64,000 bases of DNA from Paraspadella gotoi (Eukaryota; Animalia; Chaetognatha). Positions 1 through 30,624 of the stretch are shown here, one piece after another (within the stretch, counting starts at the first letter, position 1; the number at the start of each line of letters is the position of its first letter). Location: contig CM119263.1 in NCBI GenBank assembly GCA_051294375.1, forward strand, positions 19,144,625-19,208,624. The letters are read 5' to 3'. A program made the translations under genes and the position numbers. The notes below the pieces were generated by a model. The model did no database searches and had not been told where the DNA came from. It saw nothing but the letters and a program-made list of their open reading frames with translations.

Positions 1-3000
1 TATGAAAGTTTTTAACAGAAAACAATGACAAAACTAAATGTAGAATTTCTACCTTCAGTAAAGACAGACGAGTACAAATAGATTTTTCATTCAAAATTTG
101 TTAATAAGTCATTTACCAATAAAAAATACGAAAGTTTTTTATGGAAATAAATTGGTCCCGAATTGGGTTATAATTATAGTTTCAATTATTAGCACATATT
201 AGAGAACATTTTTTAATTCTTAACTTTTGGATTTTAATTTTCGTTATCGGTAAATATTATTTTTAAGCCTATTTTAAACGCATTTTGCAGACTTAGAAGC
301 CTCTGTCTGTATGTTTTGTGTTTGATTTTTGTACTAAATCAACCTTGTTGCATTCGAATAAAAACGCTTATATAATTCAGGAAGACTAAAAACGCATGCC
401 TTTTTTTTAAAATCACAAATGCACAAAAAAATGAATTTGTAATAAATCATGCGTTTTACTTAATCCTCTCATGATTCAGAGAATTCATCGGCAGACATTT
501 TCCAGGCCAACAAAAAAAAATTTAAAAATGAATTAACGCAAAAAAGTATATCGAAACCCACATAGTTCTAACGTCTAGTCGTTCGATAGGCTCCAAAGCG
601 AGTGTATGTGTTGATATATGAAATTGGTACAACCAATATAAAAATTATAATAAAATAATAAAATTAAAATAATATATATATATATAATTTTGGAAATATT
701 TATTATGAGTATCTTTCTCTTTCTTTTGAACGTTATATTAATAAATAATGGTAACCCTGTCAGCCAAAAAAGTTGCACTGCCTTTGGCGAAAAAATATGA
801 TAATTAAAAACTAATAATTGTTTGTTAATGTTATTCATTCCGTCTGGGTCAATCCCACCAAACCCGAACAAATGGCTCGCTCTTTCTTTACAGTTGGTTG
901 GGTTCGATTAAATAATCCACGCTGCGTGCATCATTCTGGTTCAGTCTTGAATACTTATTTCTTAATCTATTTTAAACTCTAATTTTTTTTATTATATATC
1001 ATATATTCAACAATTTCTTCAAGTATCACATAACATTATAAAAAGTCAAGCGACACTTAGAGCCGATTTGACGTTGTTATATTTAAATTTATATTTCAAT
1101 TTCATCAATTTGCAAAAATGAATGATAAAATATTGACGTTGACGTCAAAGTTCATCGTTAAAAAAAAACATTTTTGTTTCTTTTTTTGTTGAACAATTTT
1201 TTCAACTATATAATTATATAATTACCTAATATAGGGTTATCTGCATGCAGGTCTTATGCAACCACCAATATAATAATAGTTTCTTCATATTTTTCGCATT
1301 ACAATTTTCTTCTTTACTCTCGGTGGGGGTCGTCTGATCGTTAATTAGTCCGCATTTATTTTTTGGAGGAAATCTGGCAAAAACGACTTTTGTCACATTT
1401 AGAATGAACAAAGGAGTAAGACCCTCATTAAATGGAATATATAATTCAAAACTGACGGTAAGCAAGTTCCTTTGAAATACATATATACATCGATTATTTT
1501 AATTATCAAAATTATATATTCGCCCTTGAATGCTATCAAATTACTTAGAATTAAATGCTACATCTATTGCGACTCTTAATTAGAGGAGAAACTTACTTTT
1601 AGATGTTTTAACGATTAAAATTTAATAAAAATATGTTTTTCTCGAACTTTGGTTTATACGGTTATTGGTTAATGGTTAGTTATCTTTATAAAAATTAAAC
1701 TTTTAGTTTTTATTTCTCAAAACTGCCAAAGAAAGAAAGTTATAATCTTTTTGATGGCTTTGTATTATCGTTCAGTCAATTGATCGAACTTTACTTAAGA
1801 TTTTTACCAAATGGGTTTTTAACATTTTTTAAATTTGAGGATTAAATATCTTCCTACCCCCCTTTGCGCTAACAAACCACGAAAGTAATTTTGATGTTGA
1901 TCTTCCTTCTCTTCCCAGATGGTTTTCTTCAATTTCCCGTGTTTATCAAAGATTATACTAAAAAAAATTTAGGAAATAAAATAAACAGAAAGTTTGACTG
2001 TTAAGAGATTTAAAATTTATAGGTAAATGCTTATTTTTGGAAATCTCATAATAGATTGAAAAGGATGGAATAAACCACTTGACTTCTGATTTTATTCCGA
2101 TTTATTGCGATAAGTTGATTTATGAAAATTTTAAGAGATAAAAAGTACAAATCACCGGTAAAGCTACTAAAATCCGCGAGTATTTCTTATGCAGAAATGT
2201 CGGTCGCTTCAGCACAGTCTCCCATACAAAGTTACAAACCGATCAGATTTCCCCGAGGATCAGACCTTTATAAGTCGCTCCAGTTTTTACTGTATTGTAA
2301 ACATGTCTTGAAACTCGACGGCAAACCTTCAATTTTTCCCCCCCTTTTTAAAAAAAAATTATTCGCGCTTTTAGCTTTTCTACGAAGGCATCTACTTACA
2401 GAGGCGTTTTTTTAAAATCTTGATATTTTTGTCTTTCTTTCGTTTTCAGTCTTTCAGCGCTTTTACTCGGATTTAAATTTTTTTTTCTTGGAAGCTTCGG
2501 ATCGATTTTCACCAATTTTTTTTATATTTAATATTAAAAAAAAGATCCTTTCGAAAACTACCCTCCTGCACTTCTACCCGCCCGCCTGGCAAATCGACTC
2601 GTACTTTCATAATCTTCTTTTTGTTCGATAATCCGCGGGAAATTATGAATCATTTTCTATTCAAATCACTCATCTTCGAGGATATTAATAATAATTCACC
2701 TTGCAAACAAACTCGGTTTAATTAAAAGAAGGAACTGTAGATTAGTGTTTAGTTTGCGTTTCACCTTATTACTCTTTCTCGACATTCGGGAGAACGAAAA
2801 AAACTTTTTTACCTTTCGACTTTTTGTCATCCTCCTGTCAAAATTCCATTCATTTTTTTCACATCTATTTTGACGGCCGTCTATCGTACCTGCAGATTTT
2901 GCTTTTAAAGAGCTATCAATTGGTGCAAGAAAAATTTGAATGGGTTCGGGCAGTAGAATATAGCAAGACTCTAAAATAAGAGTCTCAAAACGGAATTGGG

Positions 3001-4180
3001 AAAAAGTTAGAGTTGATACTAGTTTTTCTGACTGATATTTACAATATAAAATTGATAAAATCATAATGGAATTAAACATATACAAGGGTTAGCAATAACT
3101 TTGGTTTATTTTTCTAAAAAAATATTTTTTTAATTATTATCAAATAAAGAATTTTAATAATAAATACTAAAAATTATTTTTTTAAAAATTATCTCAAAAT
3201 CAAAATAAAAATAAAAAATAAAAATAATAAAAATAAATAATAAAAATAAATAATAAAAATAAATTCTAATATAATTATAAGAGTTTATATTAGTCTCCTT
3301 CAATACGAGATGCTATATAAAAGAAAAATTTAGATGTAAAAAAAGCGTTAAAAATAACTCGATTGCTTTTTCCTTACTTTTAAAAGATTGTTTTTCTATA
3401 TAGTTTCCCTACTTATTTTAATTTGATTTAGGTTAAAAATGGTTTACAGATATTTGATGCTGAATTTATTCATCTAATTTCATATTATAAATATTTTATA
3501 ATAAGGGAAAGTCATACCCTCTTCTTGACTAAAGTTAATTTATTCTTATCATATTTTTTGTACCAATTAAGTTTGACATCTTACAACTTTTGAACGCTTT
3601 GCTTCATTTTAATAGGACTTGGACCAATCGCCTCATCTTTCAATAAACTTTGTTTTATGTTTCTATATCTTTGTGAAATTCAGCCATCCAATATAGTTTT
3701 CTCGGTGTTAAACAAGTGGCTAATTTTTTCTCGCCCCAGTGTAAAAGGACAGAATTTTTCTTTTTGTTTCCCATCGAGTACTCGCCTAGCTCGCCTCGTA
3801 CTAGCCTACTACGACGGCCACAATTTCACCTTTTTACTCACTTTTATGAAATAGATTCTTTCTACATAGTACTGAGTATTTATATTGACCACTATTATTT
3901 TTTTTAAATTAACTTTTCCGACAACAACCTGAACCCCAAAATAAACGTCTCAACCACCGAAACTCCCCCACCCACTATCTCACTTTCGCAAAATTTTGTG
4001 GGAATCGAGAAAACAAAAAAAAAAAAAAAAGAAGCGAAACCCGAAGTCGGAGACTCCGGAGAAGAATGAATACACCGGAGGAAAAATCTCATCTTGATCC
4101 TGGATTCTTTTTCTTGTTATTTTTCTCGGGGTTTTTTTTCTGTTTACAGTGTGTACTGGATAAAGAGTTAATATTTTATC

Positions 4181-5052
4181 AACAAGTTTGAGCAAACAAT
4201 GTCGGATCTGCCTACGATAATTAAGCGGTAATAAGCTAATCCGATGATAAATCGTGGTAATTTTTCTGACTCTTAATTTGTGATTATAACAAATCACAAA
4301 AGACTTCTTAATAAATCTATGAAAAAATCTATAAATCAATTGATCTATCAATCATTACCAGTAGCTGTGCCAATACCAACTTGCATAATTTGGTCAACTT
4401 TCATAATTTAAACAACTTGCATATATAAATCAACTGGCATAATTTGGTCAATTGACATAATTTGGTCAATTGGTATAATATGATCAACTGATGTAATTTG
4501 GTCAACTGGTAGAATTTGGTCAACTGGCAGAATTTGGTCAACTGGCATGAATTGGTTAACTGGCATGAATTTAACTTGCATAATTTAATCAACTTGCATA
4601 ATTTAATCAACTTGCATAATTTAATCAACTTGCATTATTTGGTCAACTGACATAATATGGTCAACTGGCATAATTTGGTCAACTGGTATAATTTTTTTAA
4701 CTTGTATAATTTGGTCAACTGGCATAATTTGGTCAACTTGCATAATTTGGTAAATTGTTGTAATTTGGTCAACTGGCATAATTTGGTCAACTGACATAAT
4801 ATGCTCAACTGCAAAATTTGGTTAATTGGCAATCAGAGAGAGATAGAGAAAAACTTTTAAAAATTGACATAAATGTGACTTTTGGTTTTCTGTTTTAAAC
4901 TCTTTTCCATTCCTAGGATTCCATAAAATACAAATAATATTCTGACATGATATATGTGAATGCCCGACAAGATTGAGGGGGCGGACTGACGGACCGACAA
5001 AGTGAATTATAGAGTCGGGATCTGCTTATTTATAAGCAGATCCGACTAAAAA
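4181..5052 (-). mobile_element. Helentron-associated/DINE-1-like non-autonomous element, family A
   Basis: On the minus strand the 5' end is TTTTTAGTCGGATCTGC...GCAGATCCCGAC (subterminal IR plus internal IR). The 3' end is GCAGATCCGAC, then a GTTTG/CAAAC hairpin, then TTGTT. There is a central tandem repeat and no TSD. Confidence 0.7.
4377..4831. repeat. 18-bp minisatellite (AACTGGCATAATTTGGTC)n inside HINE-A
   Basis: About 25 units. It generates the spurious LCQLTK ORFs. The same array recurs at 36751-37070. Confidence 0.9.
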
Positions 5053-7699
5053 TTACAGACCAAAATAGAATTCACATTATAAATTTTCTCAACCACTCTG
5101 CTATAATTTGGACCACATGTTACATGATAAAATGAAAAAGAAATCATAACCGCACGGAACTGTATAGAGTTACTTTGTAGATATTTTCCTCAGAATTTTT
5201 TTAATTTCGTAATTTTTCTCCATCAAAAATCGATTGACTCAGTGTACGTCGACTCGAATCTACTTTCATCAATTTTTTCACCAACTAACGACCAAAGCCT
5301 GGAAACTGAATTCGGTCTTTCAAAGATTTTTTTTTTCAAAATTGGAGAAGCTTTTTTCTCAAAATATCTAAAAAAACGGCCTTGTTTTCAACTAATAAAT
5401 TTTCAATGAAATTGGGTGGGTAGAATGACAAATACAGTGACTCTAGTTGAGATATGCGAGACTCGTAAAGTTATAATGATTTTTTATTGAGAGGCGCTTT
5501 CCTCATCGTTCTTTTGTTTGTCTCTGGGGTTTAGCGATAGTTGTTTTTTTGAAATTGATTAATCTATTATTTAGTAATTATGAATAAGAAAATAATTTTA
5601 TCAATACCCTTAATTTACCAACATCCCAAAATTTCAATTTTTGATTAGTTAAAATATTATACAAAAAAATCGTAATTGAACAAAAATAAAATGAGGATGT
5701 CTTAAATTTTAAGTAGAAAACCATTTGTAAAATAAAACAAAATGACAGGTGGAGAAAAAAATGTTGCCTTATAAATTCGAAAGTCAATTCGCTTGGGCTC
5801 TTAAATGCTTTCGTTAATTCAATATCAAAAATATTACAAATGACTGCCCTAACGTCTGGCCATGATACAGTAGCATCGGTCAAGAATTTCTGAGACGGCA
5901 AGCTCTAAAACTAGATACATTTATGACTATCAGAAATATTTTGTATCGAAATCTACTCCCCCTTCGGTAAGCCGACGCTATCCGTTGAATACTGGGACAC
6001 AGTGATGGTTAAATAAAAGGAAAGCTCCCGGTATCGAACTCTCAACCTTGACATTCTGACGTTACTACTACTACTCAGCTTTTCCACCATTTTAAAAAAT
6101 AAAGGCTTATTTTTACATTCGCCGACAGGGATTTCGCGGTCGGTTAGTTTTTCGCTTCTTATTAGCGACGTAAAAATACGTAAAAATGAAAAAAGAAGAT
6201 ACTGATATTGATGAGGGTAGAAAAATTTTTATTATAAATTTCATTTTAAAAACTCCCTTAACTACCCCTAAACCCTCACCACTCCTAATTCCTAATCACA
6301 TAATTGCTAACTGTTTAAAAATTATAATATAAAAATAAAAATCAAAATAAATTTAAAACAATTATTCAAATAAATAATACAAAATATGCTAAAATATATT
6401 TTTTCAACTAACGAAAAATGAAGAATTATTGCGCAAAAAAGGTGTAAATTACACTCCAGTGCAAAAAAAAACAAAAAAAAAAAACAAACAAAAACGCGCC
6501 ACTTTATAACTTTAAATTTCAGATGCTCTATTTAAATATTTTTAATAATTGGTCAAGTGGTTTAGGAAATATAATTTTTTAAACTTAAGTGTTTTAAAAC
6601 CAAACAAGAAAATCGATTTTTATCTAAAAGCTTCATCAGAATCATGGATCTGTCATTCATCTTATGTTTCAATAATCTTAAAATTATCATTTAAGGATCT
6701 GGGGTAATCCAGTTATCCCTCCGGATGTCCAGTATAATTTTTTTTTCATTTTTAATCTATTACAAAGAATATAAATTATTAGAAGAAAAAATATTAGACT
6801 TAAATCTATTAGATTTTTTTACGTTCAGCTTTGCGGTAAAGTACTGTATTTGAAAAAATTATTGCTCCTAAACAGATGACCCGATTTTAATCAAATTTAT
6901 GCTCAACTTATAATCTTTCAATAAACTTTAATTCAAATTTAATTTTTTTTTAAAATTAAAATATTAAAATATTAAAAATATTAAAATAAAGTACAATCAA
7001 AATTCTAATAATAAATCATGAACAGGCTTATATACATAAACATTTTTAAATAAAAATTAAATAATTAAATAAAAATTCTTATTTTTGAAAACGGATTCAA
7101 ATTCCTCATGAAAAGAACGAAATATAATATTTTTAAAAATTATTTCATTAAATGGGTCAAAATCTTTAAAAAAATTTTCAATTATTTTTATTTTTATTCT
7201 TAACTTAATGAAAGAATTTTGATTAAAACATAATTTCTTTTAGTCAAGTCAAATTAATAAAAAGAGAGAAATAAAAAAAAAGAAAGAAAGAAAGGAGGAC
7301 AGAAAGCAAGCCAGCAAAGCAAGCGATAAAAAAAGCAGAAAAGCATGTAAGAAAGGATAATTAAAAAGAGGAATAATGCTAAAATAAAATAAAGAATTTA
7401 CTTTATATTTAAATTCTGTATATACGTAGAAACTTCAATCTCGACTTTTTGAAACTAAAAATAAATCTAATCTGATGGTTTCCAAACTCGATTTTCTCTA
7501 CCAAAAGATTAAATAATTCAAAAAGTTTTATCTTTTCTGCGTTCCCCTCTGCGACATTAATTCGCGATTTTTTTTTAAAAAATACTTTCTTATTCATTCT
7601 TTTTATCCAAAACTTACTTGAGCTTTGGTAATTGTTATATTTCGATCGCGTTTTTTCTGAGATTTACTCGGCAAACATTTTCACTTTGGCCGTCGTGCT

Positions 7700-7745
7700 C
7701 GTGAATAGGCTCCGCCCGAGACCATCGTTCCGTTCAAAGGTTGGG
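7700..7745 (+). promoter_or_regulatory. Putative promoter / non-coding first exon of the EF-hand gene
   Basis: CpG-rich island with a GC box (CTCCGCCC, ~7710) and a donor AAG|GTTGGG at 7740. A matching acceptor TTTCAG at ~8126 precedes the ATG exon. Confidence 0.4.
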
Positions 7746-8235
7746 CATTAACTTTTTGAACCATCGTTTTCTTTCATTTTTTTTCAAAATACAGTTCCAG
7801 ATGATGTTTTTCTACTATTATAACCTTTACGTATTTATAAGCCCTGACATTATACGAGAGCTATCTCATAGTATGGCCGAAGAGCATATTTTTGTAACAA
7901 AAAAATTTAAAAACAATTATTTTTAAACTTTTTTAAGCGCATTTTTGTCGATTTAGATTTTGCATATTTGGGTTCCACTATATGGAAAAATTAAAATTAT
8001 GCCTCATCGACGCATTCATGCACTTGAATGAAGAATTAGAATAGTAAAGCATGCATGTCCGTATTACTAATATCAGTTACTATCAGCGGTCAAAATTTTT
8101 ATCATAACTTTTTTTCTTTCTTTCAGAAAAAGTGTGTTTGCAAGTCACCGTCTCAATAAAATGCTCAACAACCATAAGTGTTAAACCACAACAATAACGA
8201 GTCAGTCTACCCGACTTCCGACCTCAAGTAGCAGA

Positions 8236-24478
<16,243 letters not shown>

Positions 24479-25001
24479 CGAATACTATGGCTAAATCTGT
24501 CTCATGAACCCCGTAAAAATTGCTATTATTATCATTATTAGTTTTGATGACATAGAAAGCATGACCTAGTCAAGGATGCACGTGTGCAACAATGTCAACT
24601 TCTTTTAACTATGCCTTTTGTTGAAACTTGTTTCATATATCAACGATTATTATATTGGATTTGAAAGTTTTGAAATAAATTGTTTTCTAAATTTCTCAAC
24701 TGAACAAATAGATAGGAAAAGTAAATAGTCAGAACGCCCTCCTTTCTTGCTTAGTTCGGTTGCAGTTATAAATCGAGAAAAGAAATGGGGTGTTTTCAAC
24801 TCAAATTTTAAAACTGGTTGACTGAAGTGAGGGTAAGGGAATTTCTTCCTTCAATACAGTTTACATAGTAATGAGGGAAAATCTTTGCGATCATAGGTGT
24901 AAATTTACGTTATGAAGACGTGGTTTACATTCTTTGGGAAAGATTCTTTTAAGGGAGACTTGTCACGAACCCAGCGAGGTGATTGGTCAATTCGTTCGGA
25001 T

Positions 25002-25016
25002 AGAATTTTCTAGAAC
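25002..25016. promoter_or_regulatory. Heat-shock element (HSF site) upstream of DNAJB
   Basis: aGAAttTTCtaGAAc is a perfect 3-unit nGAAn array. A second imperfect HSE, tGAAaaTTCtcGAtc, lies at 25060-25074. Inverted CCAAT boxes (ATTGG) occur at ~24982, ~25075 and ~25105, 200-340 bp before the ATG. Confidence 0.8.
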
Positions 25017-25324
25017 CAACCAGAATAATCGAGATAGTTTTTCAGTGTGTGTTTTTTCCTGAAAATTCTCGATCATTGGTAGGAGCAAAATATAACGATC
25101 GTTGATTGGTTCTTGCCTTATTCGAAGGTCATTCAATAAAAACTTGAACGCCTACATTACTCGAACATCTTGCTCACCAACTTCTCCGGGAATAAATTCA
25201 CCCTCAACTACTCTTTTTTTTTAATAGATCGTGAAACTGGGCAAAAAATCCTATTTTTAAATACGTTAGCTGGAAGCATCAATTTATATCAGGAATATTT
25301 TTGATTAAAAATATTTTCGTAAAA

Positions 25325-26787
25325 ATGGGGAAGGATTATTACAAAATTCTCGGCGTCGAAAAGGGTGCTTCTGAGGACGAAATTAAAAAGGTAAGAAAAA
25401 ACAGTCAAACTTATGTAAAACGATTGACTGAATAATTGAGAAAATCTCATTCACAGGGTTATAAAAAAATGGCCTTGAAGTACCACCCCGACAAAAATAA
25501 AGCAAAAAATGCCGAAGAAAAATTCAAAGAAATTGCCGAAGCCTACGAAGTTCTCTCGGATTCGAAGAAAAAAGAGGTTAGTCTTTCTAAATGTTTCAGA
25601 ATATTGTTTGTTCAAGAGCAGTCATCAGACGTCCCCGCTTTCAACGTTCGACAAATTTCTTGGTGTGATTTTTAAAAATTGTCATCCATGTCTAATTTTT
25701 ATCTTTCCCAAACAGATTTACGACAAGTTCGGCGAGGAAGGTTTGAAAGGCGGCGGAGGCGGCGGCGGCCCAAGCCGTGGCGGCGTCGGCCACCATGGCT
25801 TCTCCGCCAGCCCAGGTTTCACTTCGTACGAGTTCAGCGGGGATCCACACGAGATCTTCAAACAATTCTTTGGCGGCAAAGATCCGTTTGCTGACATGAT
25901 GGGAGGCATGGGTGGAAGAGGGGCTCCGGGAGCATTTCAGTTCAGCTTCGGAGGTATGTTTGAGTGAGTAACGAAACTTGCTCCTTGGATCCTTCAATAT
26001 TTAAGCCGACTATTTCTTGAACAGAACCGATGGACACCGACGACATCTTCAACCAGCATCACGCCCGAGCAACGAACTTGGGACGCAATCACAGTTTCCA
26101 CGACTTCCATCGCGCGGGCAATCCCGGTATGGCTTCGCCAGCGCGAAAACGCCAGGATCCCGCTGTTGAGAGAGACCTGAACGTGGCCTTAGAGGATATA
26201 TTTATGGTTAGGTTAAAACTCAAGGATTCATTCTCGTTGCTCTCAAACCTATTTCATATTGAACATATTTAAGCAGTTGTTTTCTTCGACAGGGATGCAC
26301 TAAAAAAATGAAGATCACTCGACGAGTGTTAAATCCTGACGGGAAAACTACAAGAACGGAGGACAAAGTGCTTACGATCGAGGTCAAAAAAGGCTGGAAG
26401 AGTGGGACGAAAATAACTTTTCCCAAAGAGGGCGACCAAAACCCTGGCGCTATCCCCGCCGACGTCGTCTTCATACTTAAAGAAAAACCGCATCCTCTCT
26501 TTCGGCGTGAAGGCAACGATGTTTTTCACACGGCCAAAATCGGACTGAAAGAAGCGCTGTGCGGTAACACTACCATCCATGTTCCGACGCTGGACGGAAG
26601 AAAAATTACCGTCCACCTCAACGAAGTCACCAAGCCCACGACGAGAAAGCGAATAAAGGCCGAGGGGATGCCGCTGCCAAAAGAACCCTCTAAGCGTGGA
26701 GACCTTTTCGTTGAGTTCAACATCAAATTTCCTGATAAACTATCAGACAGCGTGAAGGAGATTCTGAGAGATACGTTGCCGAATTAA
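25325..26787 (+). CDS. DNAJB4: Class B DnaJ/Hsp40 co-chaperone (DNAJB1/4/5-like)
   Basis: Exons 25325-25390, 25457-25576, 25716-25953, 26025-26206, 26293-26787. Motifs: [10 protein letters not shown] start, J-domain HPDKNK, G/F-rich linker, [13 protein letters not shown]...[17 protein letters not shown]...[12 protein letters not shown]. The exact vertebrate paralog cannot be assigned. Confidence 0.95.
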
Positions 26788-28645
26788 ACCGCTAGTTTGG
26801 GAAGGGAAAGGATTGAAACGAGGATTACTAGATTTAGTTCACTAGATTTATCTTTGTTACTAGCTCTTAGCAGATTGTCTGTTATAACGCTGTGATGGCC
26901 ATGTGATACATATTCTGTGTTTGGTTTGAATTAAGACGAATTTTATTTTATCACTGTTAAAACGGCTGTTTGTGTATGAAATAAAAGTACGCAGGGAGAT
27001 ATAAATGCTTCTGAAGATATGCATTGTTTTTAGGTTCTGAAAGCCTCGCTGTTCATTTACCATCATTTCATTCGATTCATTTTCTCCAAGTTATTTACTG
27101 ATCCTTGAAACAATCTTGTTCATTGACATAATATTTAGCTAATCAACAGGATATTATTAAAGGTTTTACTTTTTCATTTGAATTAGTGTTTAAAATAGTC
27201 GGGGGGGGGGAACCTCACACGACCTTCAGTGAAGGTCAGTTACGTAGATTCAAGCTTTTATACTGATTCCCTTGTAAACTACTCCTTAGATTCACAAGTT
27301 CTTAGTTTTATATATCTGAATTTTTAAAATCAAACGATTATATCATTTAAGGAAATACTCATTGATTTCGAGGGTGAAATCTATTGAGGTTATATTTCTG
27401 AGAAGGTGACGGTGAGACACGCAGGAGTCTTGATCAATTCTACTGAAACTAAAACAAGCTACGTCTATTTATATCTAAGAGTGGATCGGCGACGTGGGTA
27501 GATTTTACATCTGCAGTTCAAGTCAGATTTGGAATAATATGTTTCAAACATCAATGCACCTGATGCTACCAAAAAATTGTAAAAAATGAAAAGTTTTCTA
27601 GCTTTTTTGTGCCCCTCAGGGGTCCACCCAAGGCCCTGTATCTCTTGTCAGTGGTTGAATATTAAAATTCTCCTCAATAGTTCTATTTATATTGTCATTA
27701 AGACTAAATGTAAAATTTCATGAAATTCGATCGGGTAGTTTGGTGTGAACAGATTCTGGTCACAATATGAATTCTTCTAAACATGGTAGGTTAAATAGGT
27801 GAAAAATCCTTAAAAATCATTAACATCATCACATATTTGTTTTTTATTAATTTTCGTTTTATGATATCTTTATTTATTGAATCCGTTTTTAAAAATTCTG
27901 AATTGAAAATTTTGATTTACAATAATATTAAAATGATTCAATGTTTTTAAATCTATATAAAATCTTAATTTTTTTGGATTTTGTTATCCTTAGTGATACT
28001 AAAGTTATTTACTAACGTTATTTACCTTGTTCTGCCTTACTAACCAGTCACCACCCATAACGTTAACTACCACTAATCCTAAATATATTTAACCTAAGCC
28101 AAACCGAACCGGGGTTAATACTAGAAGGAAAAAAATAATCGACTGGTTAGGTTACAGTCGGACAAAGTAAAATTGTAAAATATGTCGAATTTATAAAGAA
28201 CTTAGTATTTGTCATTGTATATATAGCAATCTTTAAAAACAAAAGACAACTAAGGATTTTTGGTAAGTCCGACAGCGCAAGTCATGTCAGGATTAGTCAC
28301 ATTTCGTTCAAGTTCAGGAAGATTCGAAAAAATATAAAACAGAATGCCTATCTACATCACGCTAAACGGTCTTTCAAGAAAATAGAATGGTACGAGTTTT
28401 TTTTTCGTCTTTATTAGTTTAAACGAACCCTTTTCAAAAACGACGAAATAAAAAAATGTATTGCGTTAATTGTTTTCTTTAAAAAGATTATTTAAATTCA
28501 CATTTTTATTTTATCTCTTGTAATCTTTTTTGCTAATAGATTTAATTTTAAAATGACCTAACGTATTGTTTTAACTTCAATTTCACCAACTGCCTCACTG
28601 AAAAACTATCCCATTAATATACTGATCACCAATCCGACCGTCATC

Positions 28646-30380
28646 ATGGACAAACTTTTTGGGCATCCTAAGACTGTTAAGGAGCAAATGCGGGAAAATG
28701 ACAGAGCTCTTCGAAAGACAGAGCGCGAACTGACGCGTGACAGAAACGCTATAGAGCGTCAGGAAAAACAGCTGGAGATGGAAATTAAGAAGGCCGCCAA
28801 GCGAGGAGACAAGCAAACGGCAACTATCCTCGCCAAGCAACTGGTTAACCTGAGGAAGCAAAAGACCAGATCCCACGCTGCCTCAAGTAAAATCACCTCT
28901 GTGGGGATGCAGGCCAAAGGAATGGCTTCACAAGTACGGTCATTACTGTTTAAATTTTAGCCCATTTCTCTCTGCGTATAGATTTTTCTTCCTGTATGTA
29001 CATAGTTTACATACATACGTCGGGCAGTATAAACAATTGAGATAAGAAACAAAGGCTTACTTGTAGGATTGATGCCAAATTGACTGCCTTGGTGTAGAAG
29101 ATGGGGGAACTCAATAGTTCATCCTTATGAAATTCAAGTGTTGACTTGTAAAAGAGATAGCATTTGTCTATTATTACCCAAGTGGTTTGCTAAAATAAAG
29201 CATATTGGGGTTAATTTTACTTTCGCCGACCAGGGTTAGGGGGGGGTTAAGGTTAAAAGTGGTGAGGGTAATTAAGTAATAATTTTTTTCAAATTTTTTT
29301 TCAAAAGTAAATTTAAAACACGCCAAAACTCTGGTCGAAGGTAAAATTTTGCCACATATTGCTTCAAACCGACCTTTTTAATTGTAGCTTAATCCTTGAG
29401 AATAAATCTCACCAATCTAACAAGTCAGCTGGAACCACAAAAATAATTAAATGTATAGTTTATATCATGCTAATTAAATTTAATTTAACCACAAACAATC
29501 ATTTGTAAATGTGAAATTACGATAAAAATTTATCGATTCTTCTTTAATCTCATTTGCAAATTGTAGTTTTGAAAACAAAATCTCATTTAAAACGATCCAC
29601 AAATTACTGCATCTAAACTTTCAGGTCAAAATGGCGGAGGCAATGAAGGACACAACTAAAGTGATGACAAATATGAACAAAGTAATGAAACCTCAGGACG
29701 TCATGAAAAACATGCAGGCCTTTGAGCGAGAGAGCGCCAAGTTGGAAATGTCAGAGGAAATGATGAACGATACTTTAGGTAAATAGACCTATTACTTAAC
29801 AAACAAAGATAATGCCCAAATTTGTTTTGCTTTCTTGGATTGCAGACGATATTCTCAACGAAAGTGGAGACGAAGAAGAACAAGACGCAATTGTCAATCA
29901 GGTTCGTGAGAAATAACCGAATTACTATCTCATAGATGTCAAATCAGGCAACTCGATAGCCAAAATCTTATAATATAAGAAGGGTCATTTCTGTTAGGTT
30001 GAATAATAAAAAAATTATCCACTTGCAATTAAATGAGAAAGGTGTGCTAACCTTATTTAAATGCGTGGAGCGACATTCTGCTTCAGCAGTCAGCATCACC
30101 CAAATAAAAATCTAAAAAATCTATGAATGCATTCGAGGATACTTGCTCAGAGAAACAAATTTCATGGAAGCCTCATATACTTCAGGGAAGGACTAATAAA
30201 ATAATGATAAATTATCGTTTTTACACGTGCTTATAGGTTTTGGACGAAATCGGTATCGAGATTTCGGGGAAGATGGCCGGCGCGCCCGAAGCGCAAAAGG
30301 GTGCCGTTGGTGGTGCCGTTGCATCAAAAGGACTCTCTGACGACGACATCGAAAAACAATTGGAGATGCTTAAAATGTGA
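28646..30380 (+). CDS. CHMP2B: ESCRT-III subunit CHMP2B (Vps2 family)
   Basis: Exons 28646-28933, 29625-29778, 29846-29901, 30237-30380. Motifs LAKQLVNLRKQKTR, EEMMNDTLDDIL, IVNQVLDEIGIEISGKMA and the C-terminal SDDDIEKQLEML match CHMP2B. Confidence 0.93.
29206..29354. mobile_element. Small TIR element with degenerate TTAGGG-like interior; sister copy at 24254-24425
   Basis: Imperfect TIR core AATTTTAC(T/C)TTCG..GACCAG, TGG...CCA ends, and a candidate 5-bp TSD CATAT. Confidence 0.55.
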
Positions 30381-30624
30381 AAGCCTCGTCCAGTTATGTT
30401 ACTTTAATTTTAATACCTAGTTGAGAGAGCTTTGTGATCTTAATAAAAAATATTTTCTATTTCTGTCTTAACCCTAACAATTGGCTAGTTAAGTTTTATT
30501 TCAGTTCTAATTCTTTACATTTGTTTACAATTTGTTTTATTGTTGAAAAGAAAACCTGAAATTATTCATCTGGACATACCGATGATACTATTTTAAAACA
30601 AATTGCTATTAAATTTTACACCCA

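Noticed and set aside
575-1465. Minus-strand ORF fragments as exons of another gene
   Set aside because: No recognisable domain, a stop or frameshift upstream of the 575-871 frame, and no consistent splice chain.
4377-4831. Regular 18-bp array resembling a CRISPR array or a repeat protein (LCQLTK ORFs)
   Set aside because: It has no unique spacers, sits in a eukaryotic context, and is the central tandem repeat of a HINE, repeated at 36751-37070.
28387-28395. ATG|GTACGA as a Met-only first exon of CHMP2B
   Set aside because: There is no suitable in-frame acceptor before 28646, whose own ATG gives a full-length N-terminus.
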